Assembly (NCBI GenBank): GCA_043754215.1
Contig: JAYUVF010000002.1
Span: 42,317-106,316, forward strand
DNA from: Chthonomonas sp.
GTDB taxonomy: Bacteria > Armatimonadota > Fimbriimonadia > Fimbriimonadales > Fimbriimonadaceae
Length of the DNA: 64,000 bases
Reading direction: 5' to 3'
The notes below the pieces were generated by a model. It had not been told where the DNA came from, made no database searches, and saw nothing but the letters and a program-made list of their open reading frames with translations. Every line of letters begins with the position of its first letter. Position 1 is the first letter of the stretch. Shown here piece by piece: positions 27,019 through 35,940 of the stretch. Both the position numbers and the translations under genes were made by a program.

Positions 27019-27413
27019 AGCAGGGATTCGACCTCACGAGCCCCTAGGTCAGTCAGGCTGGCCTCCAGCGGGGTGGCACCATCGAGCATTGGGTGGGGCT
27101 GGTGAAAAAAGTGCCTTGCCGACTCTTCGGAACCGAGGACGTAGGTTGCGGTGGCAAAGGTGAGCGCCAGACGGGCCGTGACGTTACTCGCGTGCGGCGA
27201 GAGCTTTTCTTGGCGCTGGTAAGTGGATTTGGGCACGATTTGGTGCACGAGCTTCATTGAGCTGCCAACCTGCATGATGTGCTTTGCCACTTCTCGCAAG
27301 CTCTTCTTGGGGAGCCCGAGGGCGACGCGCCTTCGAAGATCTCCAAGGCTGTGCACCGAAGCACCGTCCTTCCGATCTAGCAATAGGTCTGCGGCTTCCC
27401 GAATTCGCACCAT
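26988..27413 (-). CDS. Xre/MbcA/ParS-like antitoxin (DUF2384 toxin-binding domain)
   Basis: FHQPHPMLDGATPLEASLTDLGAREVESLLWRIFYG C-terminal signature. Confidence 0.75.
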   Translation of the reverse strand: MVRIREAADLLLDRKDGASVHSLGDLRRRVALGLPKKSLREVAKHIMQVGSSMKLVHQIVPKSTYQRQEKLSPHASNVTARLALTFATATYVLGSEESARHFFHQPHPMLDGATPLEASLTDLGAREVESLLWRIFYGTTN

Positions 27414-27454
27414 AAGTATTCATTTGATACCACATTGCGGCCCAAATGGTTCCA

Positions 27455-29074
27455 TCATTGGTTAGCCCAACGGTTAATGAGCCACCAGCAGGCTTGATCG
27501 TGCGGGACGAATTTGGGGTGGGTGATGATCTCCCACGCGGGGAGGTAGCCGAGGCTACCGTCGCCGTAGTGCCGAACGCGGTGCATGACCTTCTCCACCC
27601 ATTCGCGGGCGATTCGGCAACGCTCGATGTCGGCTAAAGAGCCTCCGATTCGTTGGTGATTCCACTTCGCGTACTTAGCTAAATCATCAAACACTTGGCG
27701 TGAGGCGGCGAGCTTTGCGACGGCGGCCTCGGTCCTGCCATAGCCGTATTCAAGGCGGGCTTCCTCGGCCATTCGGACGAAGTCCACTGCGCTTCGCAAG
27801 AGCATCGCCGGGCCCTTATAGCCTTCGTCGGGGGCGAAGTGGAGGGCTTCAGCGGCAAGCTCGGCGGCTTTTTCGCCTCGATCCGTACCGCATAGCTCGT
27901 CGGCGTGGTGCATCCAGCAGAGGAAGGGATTGCTCATGAGCAGGAGCCGGGTCTTGAGCGAACTTCGAATCTTGCCAGGAGTGAAGACTCCGCCGAGTTC
28001 GCTGAGCCGCTCGCTCATCACGCGCGCCCAGGCCTCATGGTGCGCGCTGACTCGGCCGTACTCTTCATAGAACGAGCCTTGACTGCCATTTAGAATGGCG
28101 GCGCTGGCCTTGAGTGCGGGGAACAGCGTGTCGTAGGCGCCCATCATCCCGCATTCCCAGGTGGTCACGCAGACGCCGTGGAGGTCTAGGTCACGGACAT
28201 CGTCGGCGACCTCACGCACATTCGCCTCGCTGGCCTCGACGTGAAGCCAGGTGGCGTTGTAGGTTTGTAGGGCCGGGCAACCGACGACTTCGAATCCGTG
28301 CTCCACGAACTGCGGCGCAGTCTCACGGATGCCCTTGAAGTACTGCCAGTCGAAAATAAGCGTCGAGGCGGGCATGAAAGTAAGGGCGGACGGGTGGTCG
28401 TAGTACATATCGCCCCAAACCGCGGGTCGGCGTCCTTTCTCAACCACGTAGTCGGCCAGTGGGCCGAAATGCGCCCCGTAGAGCAGCGCTTTACCGTCCA
28501 CCTCTTCGGCGGTCGTCTCCTTAACTTCTCCTTCGTAGAGTGCCTGGTCACTTTCGGTTGTTTTTGATGGTCCTGCGGTAGCACGATCTTGGTGGGTGTT
28601 GATCAGTTCCGCGATGCGCGCCTTGCTGGCTTCGCTCACTCCCAGTTGCCACGTCTCGTCGCCGCCGATGTGGATGATCTCGGAGTCGAAGATCGCGCAC
28701 GTGTCGTCAATGATGTTGCGGCAAAGTTGTACAAAATCCGGATTTGCAGGGCTAGCCTGGAGTCCGGCGAACATCTCTTCGCGGTATTGCTTGCCGGTTT
28801 CTGTGTAAAGAAATCCTTCGAAATGTCCCAATAAATTGATAAAGGGGATGAGGGTCAGACTTGGGAATTCTGAGCGGAGGCGAGCGATCATCTCCGGAGT
28901 GACGCACCCTTTCCCGTGACTCCAAGGGGTGCTTGGGTATGCGAACCGGTGCTCCATGTAAAGGCCGAGTGCGTTGAAACCAGCGTCTTGGGTCATGGAG
29001 GCGATTTGGTACAGGTGGTCGAGGGTCGGAGCCTGCTCTCGGGCCAAATCGTACATCCACATCTTCAGTTTCAT
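27455..29074 (-). CDS. Glycoside hydrolase family 20-like (beta-N-acetylhexosaminidase-like)
   Basis: IIHIGGDETWQLG catalytic D-E region in a TIM-barrel-like N-half. The start is set at MKLKMW because the longer ORF overlaps divergent pepA. Confidence 0.65.
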   Translation of the reverse strand: MKLKMWMYDLAREQAPTLDHLYQIASMTQDAGFNALGLYMEHRFAYPSTPWSHGKGCVTPEMIARLRSEFPSLTLIPFINLLGHFEGFLYTETGKQYREEMFAGLQASPANPDFVQLCRNIIDDTCAIFDSEIIHIGGDETWQLGVSEASKARIAELINTHQDRATAGPSKTTESDQALYEGEVKETTAEEVDGKALLYGAHFGPLADYVVEKGRRPAVWGDMYYDHPSALTFMPASTLIFDWQYFKGIRETAPQFVEHGFEVVGCPALQTYNATWLHVEASEANVREVADDVRDLDLHGVCVTTWECGMMGAYDTLFPALKASAAILNGSQGSFYEEYGRVSAHHEAWARVMSERLSELGGVFTPGKIRSSLKTRLLLMSNPFLCWMHHADELCGTDRGEKAAELAAEALHFAPDEGYKGPAMLLRSAVDFVRMAEEARLEYGYGRTEAAVAKLAASRQVFDDLAKYAKWNHQRIGGSLADIERCRIAREWVEKVMHRVRHYGDGSLGYLPAWEIITHPKFVPHDQACWWLINRWANQ

Positions 29075-29132
29075 AGGTTCAAGTATGCCCTCTCGGAACC
29101 TGCAAGGGCGCTGAGCAGGTAAGTTCCTTCTC

Positions 29133-30530
29133 ATGTTTGAAACAATTTCCGCTTCGGCGAAAGGAAAGTCAGAAAATCACCTCGTCTTCGTCGGTTCCGA
29201 CCTCGTAGTCCCCGACGGTGCTCCAGCATTGGATGCGGACTCCAAGTTTAAAGGTGGGCGGGGCGAAGTGCGGGAGCAGTCGACCGCGAAGGGTCGAGTC
29301 TTTTTCGCCGGTTTAGGATCGGAAAACGATAGTTTTCATGCCGCAGGGACCGCTCTCCGGCGTTTGGCTCAGGCCGAAGTGGCAGACGTCAAAGTGCATG
29401 GCCCAGTTGACGCCCGCGAGCTCGGATGCGCGGCGCAGGTGATTGCCTGGAATCCGGTGCAGTTTAAGGGCTCGGGTTCGAAACTAAAGGAGTTGGGCAA
29501 GCTCGAGCTGATTCTGGCGGACAAGAAGAGCGTGGAAGCGTTTGAGATGGGGCAGGGGATCGGTCGGGCCATGAACACCAGTCGCGATCTCAGCCTTACG
29601 CCGCCCAACATCGCTACGCCGATGTACATCGCCGATCTGGCCGAGAAGATGGCCAAGCAGTTCGACATGAAGTGCACCGTGATGCGCGGTAAGGAACTGG
29701 AGAAGGAGCGGATGACCGGGCACATCAACGTGGGCAAGGCTAGTGAAAACGAGCCGTGCATCATTCGGCTTGAGTACCGGCCCAAAGGTGTGAAAGGCAA
29801 GCCGGTGGTTTTGGTGGGCAAGACGATGTGCTACGACACGGGCGGACTCAGCCTCAAAATCAGTGGCTCCATGGTGGGCATGAAGCAGGACAAGGACGGC
29901 GGATGCGCGGTGCTGGGCGCGATGCAAGCCATCGCGGAAACCCTAAAGCCGAACGTGGCGGTGGTCGCGTTGCTCTGCGCGGCCGAGAACTCGGTGAGCG
30001 ATGAGGCTTACCGACCCGACGATATTCTCACGTTCCGAAACGGCGTGACGGTCGAGGTTACCAATACCGACGCCGAAGGTCGCTTGGTCTTGGCCGATGG
30101 GCTTTGCTGGGCGTGCGATAAGGAAGACCCCGTGCTCATCGTGGACATCGCCACGCTCACGGGTGGGGTAGTCACAGCGCTGGGCAAGGTGTTCGCGGGT
30201 GGATTTTCGAACGATGACGCCGCCTTTGCTGCAGTCAGCGCATCGAGCGCAGCGACGGGCGAGCGCGTGTGGCGATTGCCGTTGCACGACGAATATCGAG
30301 AGCTGATGAAATCGCCGGTCGCGGATATTTTGAACTCGAATCCGAATCGCCAGGCTCACCCGATTCAGGGAGCCGCGTTCCTAACTTACTTCGTGAAGGA
30401 GGGCACGCCGTGGGTTCACCTGGATATCGCCGGCGTGCACAACTCGGAAAAAGACAACGGACCGTTCATTAAGGGGCCAAACGCCTGGGGTGTCCGGCTT
30501 CTGGCGGACCTCGCCGCTCGCTGGAAATAG
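29133..30530 (+). CDS. pepA: Leucyl aminopeptidase (M17)
   Basis: NTDAEGRLVLADGL signature, VGKTMCYDTGGLSLK, 465 aa. Confidence 0.85.
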   Translation: MFETISASAKGKSENHLVFVGSDLVVPDGAPALDADSKFKGGRGEVREQSTAKGRVFFAGLGSENDSFHAAGTALRRLAQAEVADVKVHGPVDARELGCAAQVIAWNPVQFKGSGSKLKELGKLELILADKKSVEAFEMGQGIGRAMNTSRDLSLTPPNIATPMYIADLAEKMAKQFDMKCTVMRGKELEKERMTGHINVGKASENEPCIIRLEYRPKGVKGKPVVLVGKTMCYDTGGLSLKISGSMVGMKQDKDGGCAVLGAMQAIAETLKPNVAVVALLCAAENSVSDEAYRPDDILTFRNGVTVEVTNTDAEGRLVLADGLCWACDKEDPVLIVDIATLTGGVVTALGKVFAGGFSNDDAAFAAVSASSAATGERVWRLPLHDEYRELMKSPVADILNSNPNRQAHPIQGAAFLTYFVKEGTPWVHLDIAGVHNSEKDNGPFIKGPNAWGVRLLADLAARWK

Positions 30531-30559
30531 GCGCGGCGCGGGTAATCTCTGGGCTCGCC

Positions 30560-32596
30560 ATGAAACTGCCCGTTTCGATGCTTCGTGATCTTGTGACGAC
30601 TTCTCTAACTCCAGAGGAGTTGGGTGATCTGTTGACCATGGCGGGCTTCGAGCTCGAAGGCATTGAAGAGGTGGGTGGACAGCCGGTGCTGGACATCAAG
30701 GTCGTGGCCAACCGCGGCGACGGATTGAGCGCCCTTGGGCTGGCCCGCGAAGTGCTGGCGAAGAGTCCGGACGGGCAACCCACTGATCTGTACCGATCGC
30801 TCACGGGGCGGTTGGGTTCTGGCGGCGTTCAAGGCAATCGCATTACCATCGAGACCGACCACTGCACTCGGTACGCCTGCGCAATTTACGATCAGGTGGA
30901 GAATGGGACTTCCCCGGCTTGGCTTCAAGCCAGGTTGACCGAAGCAGGGCAGAGGCCGATCAGCTTGCTGGTGGACCTCACTAACTACGTCATGTTAGAG
31001 ACTGGGCAGCCGCTGCACGCGTTCGATCTTGACAAGCTCGCGAAAGAGAGGATCGTGGTTCGACTTGCCCAAGCCGGCGAGACTCTTACCACTCTAAATG
31101 GCGTCGACCACAAGCTTCAGCCAAATCAAATGATGATTTGCGATGCGAACTCCCCTGTGGCGGCAGCGGGAGTGATGGGCGGGGCGGCGACCGAGGTCAG
31201 CGGCACAACCACTCGAATGCTCCTGGAAAGCGCGCACTTCGTGAATACGAGCGTGCGGAAAACGCGGAAGCAACTCAACCTCAATACAGACGCGAGCTAC
31301 CGTTTCGAGCGCAGCGTAGACCCGAATGGAGTTGTCGCGGCGCTGGAACGATTCGCGGAGCTTTACACGCAGATCACTGGGAAGGCGGCTTCAGGGCCGA
31401 TCGAGGATCTTTATCAGGCACCGCCGGTGCAGACCGCGATCACGGTGCGGCCCGATCGCGTGCGCCGCATCTGGGGCATGGCGATTGATACCGAGGAGAT
31501 GCGCCGTTATCTTGGGCACCTTGGGTTTGAGGTCAGCGGTACTGACGATGCGCTTTTGGTAACGCCTCCGACTTGGCGACCCGATGTCACGCTAGAAGAG
31601 GACGTGATTGAGGAGATCGGGCGGGTTCACGGCTACGAGAAGATTCCCGAGTCGCTGCCGCAGGGCACGACGCCACGGGGCGGGACATTTGGGCTTTACA
31701 GCGTGATTGACACGGCGAAGAAGACGATGCTCCGTTGTGGGCTCGATCAGATGATCAGTCATTCATTGCGCGACGCCAGCATCTTGGATTTTAATCCGGA
31801 ACGACGCGTAAGCGTGCGCAATCCGCATTCGCCCGAAATGCAATTCCTGCGCAGCTCGCTCCTGCCGGGACTCGCCGAAGCGGCGCTCAAGAACGGTGGT
31901 CGGAACCTCCACCTGTTCGAGATCGGCAAGGTTTTCGTGAAGGGGGATTACGAGAACGACGAGTCGCCTGAGCTTGGCATTTTGATTTGCGGTGAGATGC
32001 AGGAGCCCCATTTTGGTCAGCGAAAGCCGCCGATGGCTGACTTCTGGACGCTGAAAGGCATCCTTGAAGAGTTGGGTAAGTTGGTGCGCGATGACATCTC
32101 GTTCGAGCTCCCACGGCTACCCGATCACCGATTCCACCCGACCCGTCAGGCGGGCGTGATGGTGGACGAAGGGCGACTTTGGGTTGGAACAGCGGGGCAG
32201 ATTCACCCCGACTACGCCGAGCAACTGGGGCTCCCGGAGGAGACTTACATGGCCGAAATTGACCTGCTCGTCTTCTTCCAAAACCCCGATGCCGAGGTCA
32301 AGGTGAAGCCGATTAGCCGCAATCCCGCGGTGAAGCGGGACATCGCTTTTGTAATCAGCAAGTCGGTGCCGTATGCCGAGATTCAGGCGGCGGTGGACCG
32401 GGCTTGCGGAGAGTTGCTCGAGAAGCAGACGCTGTTCGACATCTACGAAGGCGCGGGGATCGAGGCAGGGCAGCATTCGCTCGCGGTCAATCTTCAGCTC
32501 CGAAAGGTCGGGCACACGTTTACCGACGAAGAAGCGAACCAAGTTCGCGACGAGGTGGTCCAGGCCATCGAGAGTCTCGGCGGCGTGCTGCGTTAG
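30560..32596 (+). CDS. pheT: Phenylalanine-tRNA ligase beta subunit (short form)
   Basis: MKLPVSMLRDLV...ELGDLLTMAGFELEGIEEV N-terminus, B3/4, B5 and FDX-ACB-like C-terminus. At 678 aa it is about 115 aa shorter than the E. coli-type protein. Confidence 0.9.
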   Translation: MKLPVSMLRDLVTTSLTPEELGDLLTMAGFELEGIEEVGGQPVLDIKVVANRGDGLSALGLAREVLAKSPDGQPTDLYRSLTGRLGSGGVQGNRITIETDHCTRYACAIYDQVENGTSPAWLQARLTEAGQRPISLLVDLTNYVMLETGQPLHAFDLDKLAKERIVVRLAQAGETLTTLNGVDHKLQPNQMMICDANSPVAAAGVMGGAATEVSGTTTRMLLESAHFVNTSVRKTRKQLNLNTDASYRFERSVDPNGVVAALERFAELYTQITGKAASGPIEDLYQAPPVQTAITVRPDRVRRIWGMAIDTEEMRRYLGHLGFEVSGTDDALLVTPPTWRPDVTLEEDVIEEIGRVHGYEKIPESLPQGTTPRGGTFGLYSVIDTAKKTMLRCGLDQMISHSLRDASILDFNPERRVSVRNPHSPEMQFLRSSLLPGLAEAALKNGGRNLHLFEIGKVFVKGDYENDESPELGILICGEMQEPHFGQRKPPMADFWTLKGILEELGKLVRDDISFELPRLPDHRFHPTRQAGVMVDEGRLWVGTAGQIHPDYAEQLGLPEETYMAEIDLLVFFQNPDAEVKVKPISRNPAVKRDIAFVISKSVPYAEIQAAVDRACGELLEKQTLFDIYEGAGIEAGQHSLAVNLQLRKVGHTFTDEEANQVRDEVVQAIESLGGVLR

Positions 32597-32883
32597 TGGT
32601 TTTCGCCGAAGGTACTCGCGGGGTGCGGTGACTGAAGCATACGGTTGTATGAGCCCAAAGTCACCAGCGTCGGCAGCCATTTTCGTAGCGAAGCACCCTG
32701 ATCTTTCTTGCCGGTCATGTCGTACATGAGCGATAGCGCGAGTGCGCCGATCGCCGCCCAGAGGAACACGTCCGAGGGCAACGCCTCGGTTTGCTTGTCT
32801 ATGGAAGACGACATGTTCGTCTTGATTTCCTCGACCGGATTGGTGAAAGTGCTCTTGTTCATGGCTACCTTCACCAGACTCAT
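32593..32883 (-). CDS. Hypothetical small membrane protein
   Basis: 96-aa ORF with one clear hydrophobic helix (VFLWAAIGALALSLMY) filling the gap between pheT and the AKR gene. No recognised domain. Confidence 0.4.
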   Translation of the reverse strand: MSLVKVAMNKSTFTNPVEEIKTNMSSSIDKQTEALPSDVFLWAAIGALALSLMYDMTGKKDQGASLRKWLPTLVTLGSYNRMLQSPHPASTFGENH

Positions 32884-32943
32884 TCGACTCTCAAAATGCG
32901 GACGAAATAGCCCGCGCAGCCATCAGAAAACCGTATGAGCGCG

Positions 32944-33933
32944 TTACCATGCGTAATGCTCTGGCGCAGTTTTCACTGCCGGGAAGATCCCGTCGATCCG
33001 CTCCAAAAGCTCCGGGGTGAACTCCAGCTCCGTCGCGCGGACTGAGCCTTCGAGTTGCGCCATCGTTCGCGGACCGATGATCGGGGCTGTGACGAACGGG
33101 CGGGTGAGGGTCCATCCGAGGGCGACATTGGCCGGTTCCTCCCCGATGTCCGCACATAACGACTCCCAGGCCGTCAGTTGCGCGCCTTGCTTTTCGATGA
33201 TCGGCTTCGACTGGTCGCCGTTTCGCCGCTTGCCCTCTTGGTTCTTCATCACGCCGGCCAAAACTCCGCTCGCCAATGGCGACCAGGGGATCACCCCGAT
33301 TCCATACGCTAAACAAGCCGGGCCGACTTCCATCTCGATATCGCGTTGCAAAAGCGAGAACTTCGACTGCTCCGAAACAAGCCCGAGGAAGTGGCGTCGG
33401 TTAGCCGCTTCTTGGGCGCGCACGATGTGCCATGCCGCGAAGTTGCTGCTCCCGGTGTAGATGATTTTGCCCTGCTGGTGCAACAGTTCAAACGCCTCCC
33501 AAAGCTCTTCCCAGGGCGCGTCGCGGAAGACGTGGTGCATCTGATAGATGTCCAAATAGTCCGTTTGGAGCCTCTTCAGCGACCCTTCGCAGGCGCGGCG
33601 GATGTGCAGCGCGCTCAGGTTCGAGGTGTTCGGCCAGTCGAGTGTCGCTTCCTTGCCCATGCGACCGAAGAGTTTGGTCGCCAGCACCACGCGCTCGCGC
33701 CGCTGGCCGCCTTGGGCAAACCACTCGCCGATAATCGTCTCGGTGATCCCCTCGCCTTGCTTCCAGCCGTACACATCGGCGGTGTCGAAGAAGTTAATCC
33801 CCAACTCCAGCGCGCGGTCCATGATCGCGAAGGAATCTTCCTTCGTGGTGCTAGGGCCGAAGTTCATGGTGCCGAGGCAAAGCTGGCTCACCTTGAGCCC
33901 GGTGCGACCGAGGGATACGTAGGGGACGGACAT
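32944..33933 (-). CDS. Aldo/keto reductase
   Basis: LGRTGLKVSQLCLGTMNFG N-terminus, GINFFDTADVYG, 329 aa. Confidence 0.85.
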   Translation of the reverse strand: MSVPYVSLGRTGLKVSQLCLGTMNFGPSTTKEDSFAIMDRALELGINFFDTADVYGWKQGEGITETIIGEWFAQGGQRRERVVLATKLFGRMGKEATLDWPNTSNLSALHIRRACEGSLKRLQTDYLDIYQMHHVFRDAPWEELWEAFELLHQQGKIIYTGSSNFAAWHIVRAQEAANRRHFLGLVSEQSKFSLLQRDIEMEVGPACLAYGIGVIPWSPLASGVLAGVMKNQEGKRRNGDQSKPIIEKQGAQLTAWESLCADIGEEPANVALGWTLTRPFVTAPIIGPRTMAQLEGSVRATELEFTPELLERIDGIFPAVKTAPEHYAW

Positions 33934-34005
33934 ACCCGCCTTCTACGCCTCGAAACTAGGTTTTGTCGGTGCGATTTGGCGCGAACGGATGTTCATTCCT
34001 TTACA

Positions 34006-34533
34006 ATGAAGTCAATGAGATCAGCGTTCGGTGTGGTGGGATTGATGCTTTTTGTCGCAGGAGCATCGGGGGCAACTCTTCAAGAGGTGTTGCAGGGGCG
34101 GCTGAACAACTTTGGACGTGCGGTGGGCGCGTACGACAAGAAGATGGTCGCCCGTTTAGGGGAAAGCGATTTTGACCCCGAGTTCCGCGCCTACGGGTAC
34201 GGCCCCTACGGCCCCGGCAAGGGGACGACTTTCCAAACTTGGTCCCGCGGCATTCGCTTTTATCCCTCGCCAGTTGTATCTATTAGGAGTTTAAAGATCA
34301 AGCTCGATTCGGTGAAACCAAATGGCACCACGGCTTGGGGCGCGGCTTCGTGCGTAACTACATTTTCCTATTTCAGCCGGAAGCCCAGCACACCCGATGG
34401 AAAAATTGAGATTGTCGCGAAGTGGAGCTTGATGTACGTGCTGAGGAAAGGCCGATGGGTTATCAAAGAGGTTCACATAAGAGAGGCGTCCGAGTACTGG
34501 GACGGCAAACTGAAGTCCAAGAGTGGGATTTAG
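34006..34533 (+). CDS. Hypothetical secreted protein (possibly NTF2-like fold)
   Basis: Start set at ATG 34006 (MKSMRSAFGVVGLMLFVAGASGA signal). The upstream part of ORF 33346-34533 is antisense to the AKR gene. The tail KWSLMYVLRKGRWVIKEVH hints at an NTF2/SnoaL-like fold. Confidence 0.55.
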   Translation: MKSMRSAFGVVGLMLFVAGASGATLQEVLQGRLNNFGRAVGAYDKKMVARLGESDFDPEFRAYGYGPYGPGKGTTFQTWSRGIRFYPSPVVSIRSLKIKLDSVKPNGTTAWGAASCVTTFSYFSRKPSTPDGKIEIVAKWSLMYVLRKGRWVIKEVHIREASEYWDGKLKSKSGI

Positions 34534-34572
34534 GGAGAGGATTCCGAAGCCCGCGCGTGTTCGAAAGCGTGC

Positions 34573-34640
34573 TTTTCTCCCCCCAACCCCCCTCGTGCAC
34601 TTCGCGCGACTTGCGTCGGGCTCCGTGAACGAGGGGGGCT
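34573..34640 (+). repeat. GC-hairpin intergenic element (type 1), copy D
   Basis: TTTTCTCCCCCCAACCCCCCTCGTGCAC...GTGAACGAGGGGGGCT has the same termini as copies A-C with a different interior. Confidence 0.85.
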
Positions 34641-34649
34641 ATGAGAGCA

Positions 34650-35660
34650 CTACGGCCGAGTCACGCTCACCGACCGCGAGCCCTTCTCGTTCCCCGTCTT
34701 CAGCATCACGTACACCTTGTAGAACACCTTCGACCCGCTCGCCACGAGGCCTTCGTCGGTCTCGAAACGGCGTGGGTCGGCGTCGTCGGGGAGGGACTCC
34801 AACACCTGCTCTTCGTCGGCGCGGTAGCGCGAGCCGAAGCAGGCGCGGAGTTCGTATTGGTCGAGGTTCGGGTCGGAGGACGCGGTGAAGGTGATGACGG
34901 CCTTCGAAACCGTGAGGTCCCACGAGGCGGAGACGTTGACCGCGTCGGGGGTTGCGCCAGCCGGAGGCGACAGGGATGGGAGAGACGAGTAAGTTGCCGT
35001 CTCCACCGCGAACCGCCCTTGGATGGCGAGGCGGTATTGCTTCAAGCGCTGATAGATCGGGTTCCACACTTGGTCGCGCAGGTTGCGGGCGGATTCGGCG
35101 GCGAGGGCCGCGGAGGTCACGGTGGTGAATGAAGTCATCGCGGCGGTCTGGTCGGTGACGAAGGTCGCGCGCGTGTAGCCGCCGTTCAGCAGCAGCGGGA
35201 TCGGCGCGCCTGCCGGAACGGGCGTGATCGCGTTGATTTGCTGCCAGATGTCGGCGACATCTTGCAGAGCCTTCTGCCAAACGCCGAGCGAACTGCTGAT
35301 CGAGGGAATGCGAGGGAGTTGGCTGACATAAACCGAGTCGGGCCAAAAGCCGCGCACCACATTATTGAACTGTCGAATTCGCTCTTTGATCGCCGCGCGC
35401 AAGATGTCGCGATTCGCGCTCGCCGCTTGGTTCGCGTTCTCAGCGGTGACGACTGCGTTCAGGTTGGTGAGCAACACCGCGCGGTCGGCGGTCAGGTTGG
35501 CGACTGGGTAGTTGCCACTCAGGATGATGGCCGATCCAAAAGCGGTATTCGCGAGGGGCCAGTGGGCGAGAAATTCGTCGGCTTTGGCGAGATAGTTGCG
35601 GGGCGCGATGCTTGTCTTTTTCATTGATCCGTAGGTCTCCAAGATGTCTGGGACGGCCAT
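34650..35660 (-). CDS. Hypothetical protein with FN3-like C-terminal domain
   Basis: Long ORF with a helical N-part and a beta-rich tail (VNVSASWDLTVSKAVITFTASSDPNLDQYELRA...KVFYKVYVMLKTGNEKGSRSVSV). The start is uncertain (35720, 35660 or 35624). Confidence 0.6.
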   Translation of the reverse strand: MAVPDILETYGSMKKTSIAPRNYLAKADEFLAHWPLANTAFGSAIILSGNYPVANLTADRAVLLTNLNAVVTAENANQAASANRDILRAAIKERIRQFNNVVRGFWPDSVYVSQLPRIPSISSSLGVWQKALQDVADIWQQINAITPVPAGAPIPLLLNGGYTRATFVTDQTAAMTSFTTVTSAALAAESARNLRDQVWNPIYQRLKQYRLAIQGRFAVETATYSSLPSLSPPAGATPDAVNVSASWDLTVSKAVITFTASSDPNLDQYELRACFGSRYRADEEQVLESLPDDADPRRFETDEGLVASGSKVFYKVYVMLKTGNEKGSRSVSVTRP

Positions 35661-35714
35661 GAAAGAGAGACGTAAGAATGGTGTAATAAAGTGCCAAACC
35701 GTCCGGAAGTTCCG

Positions 35715-35924
35715 CAACATTGACTAATCTAGGTACTACAGCTACTAATCTTGTCGCTACAGCTACTGAGCTTTCCTCTACGCCTACTGATTTTGTTGCT
35801 ACGGTTACTAAGCTTGGCTCTACAGCTACTGGTCGCGTCGCTACGTCTACTAGGCTTGCCCCTACGGCTACTAATCTTGTTGCTACGACTACTAAGCTTG
35901 CAGCTAATGCGTCTAATCTTGCCA
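35715..35924. repeat. Tandem array of 21-bp direct repeats (9 clear units plus 1 degenerate)
   Basis: Units start at 35736, 35757, 35778, 35799, 35820, 35841, 35862, 35883 and 35904. Consensus is CTACnGCTACTnAnCTTGnnn, and GC is visibly lower than in the flanks. Confidence 0.9.
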
Positions 35925-35940
35925 CTCAGCGGCGTGAGCC

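Noticed and set aside
33346-34005. N-terminal 220 codons of the 395-aa ORF 33346-34533
   Set aside because: This part is antisense to the aldo/keto reductase gene. A signal-peptide-bearing start at ATG 34006 gives a sensible 175-aa protein in the intergenic gap.
35715-35924. Possible CRISPR array
   Set aside because: The units are contiguous 21-mers with no intervening unique spacers, and no cas genes are nearby. This is a tandem minisatellite or iteron-like array, not a CRISPR.
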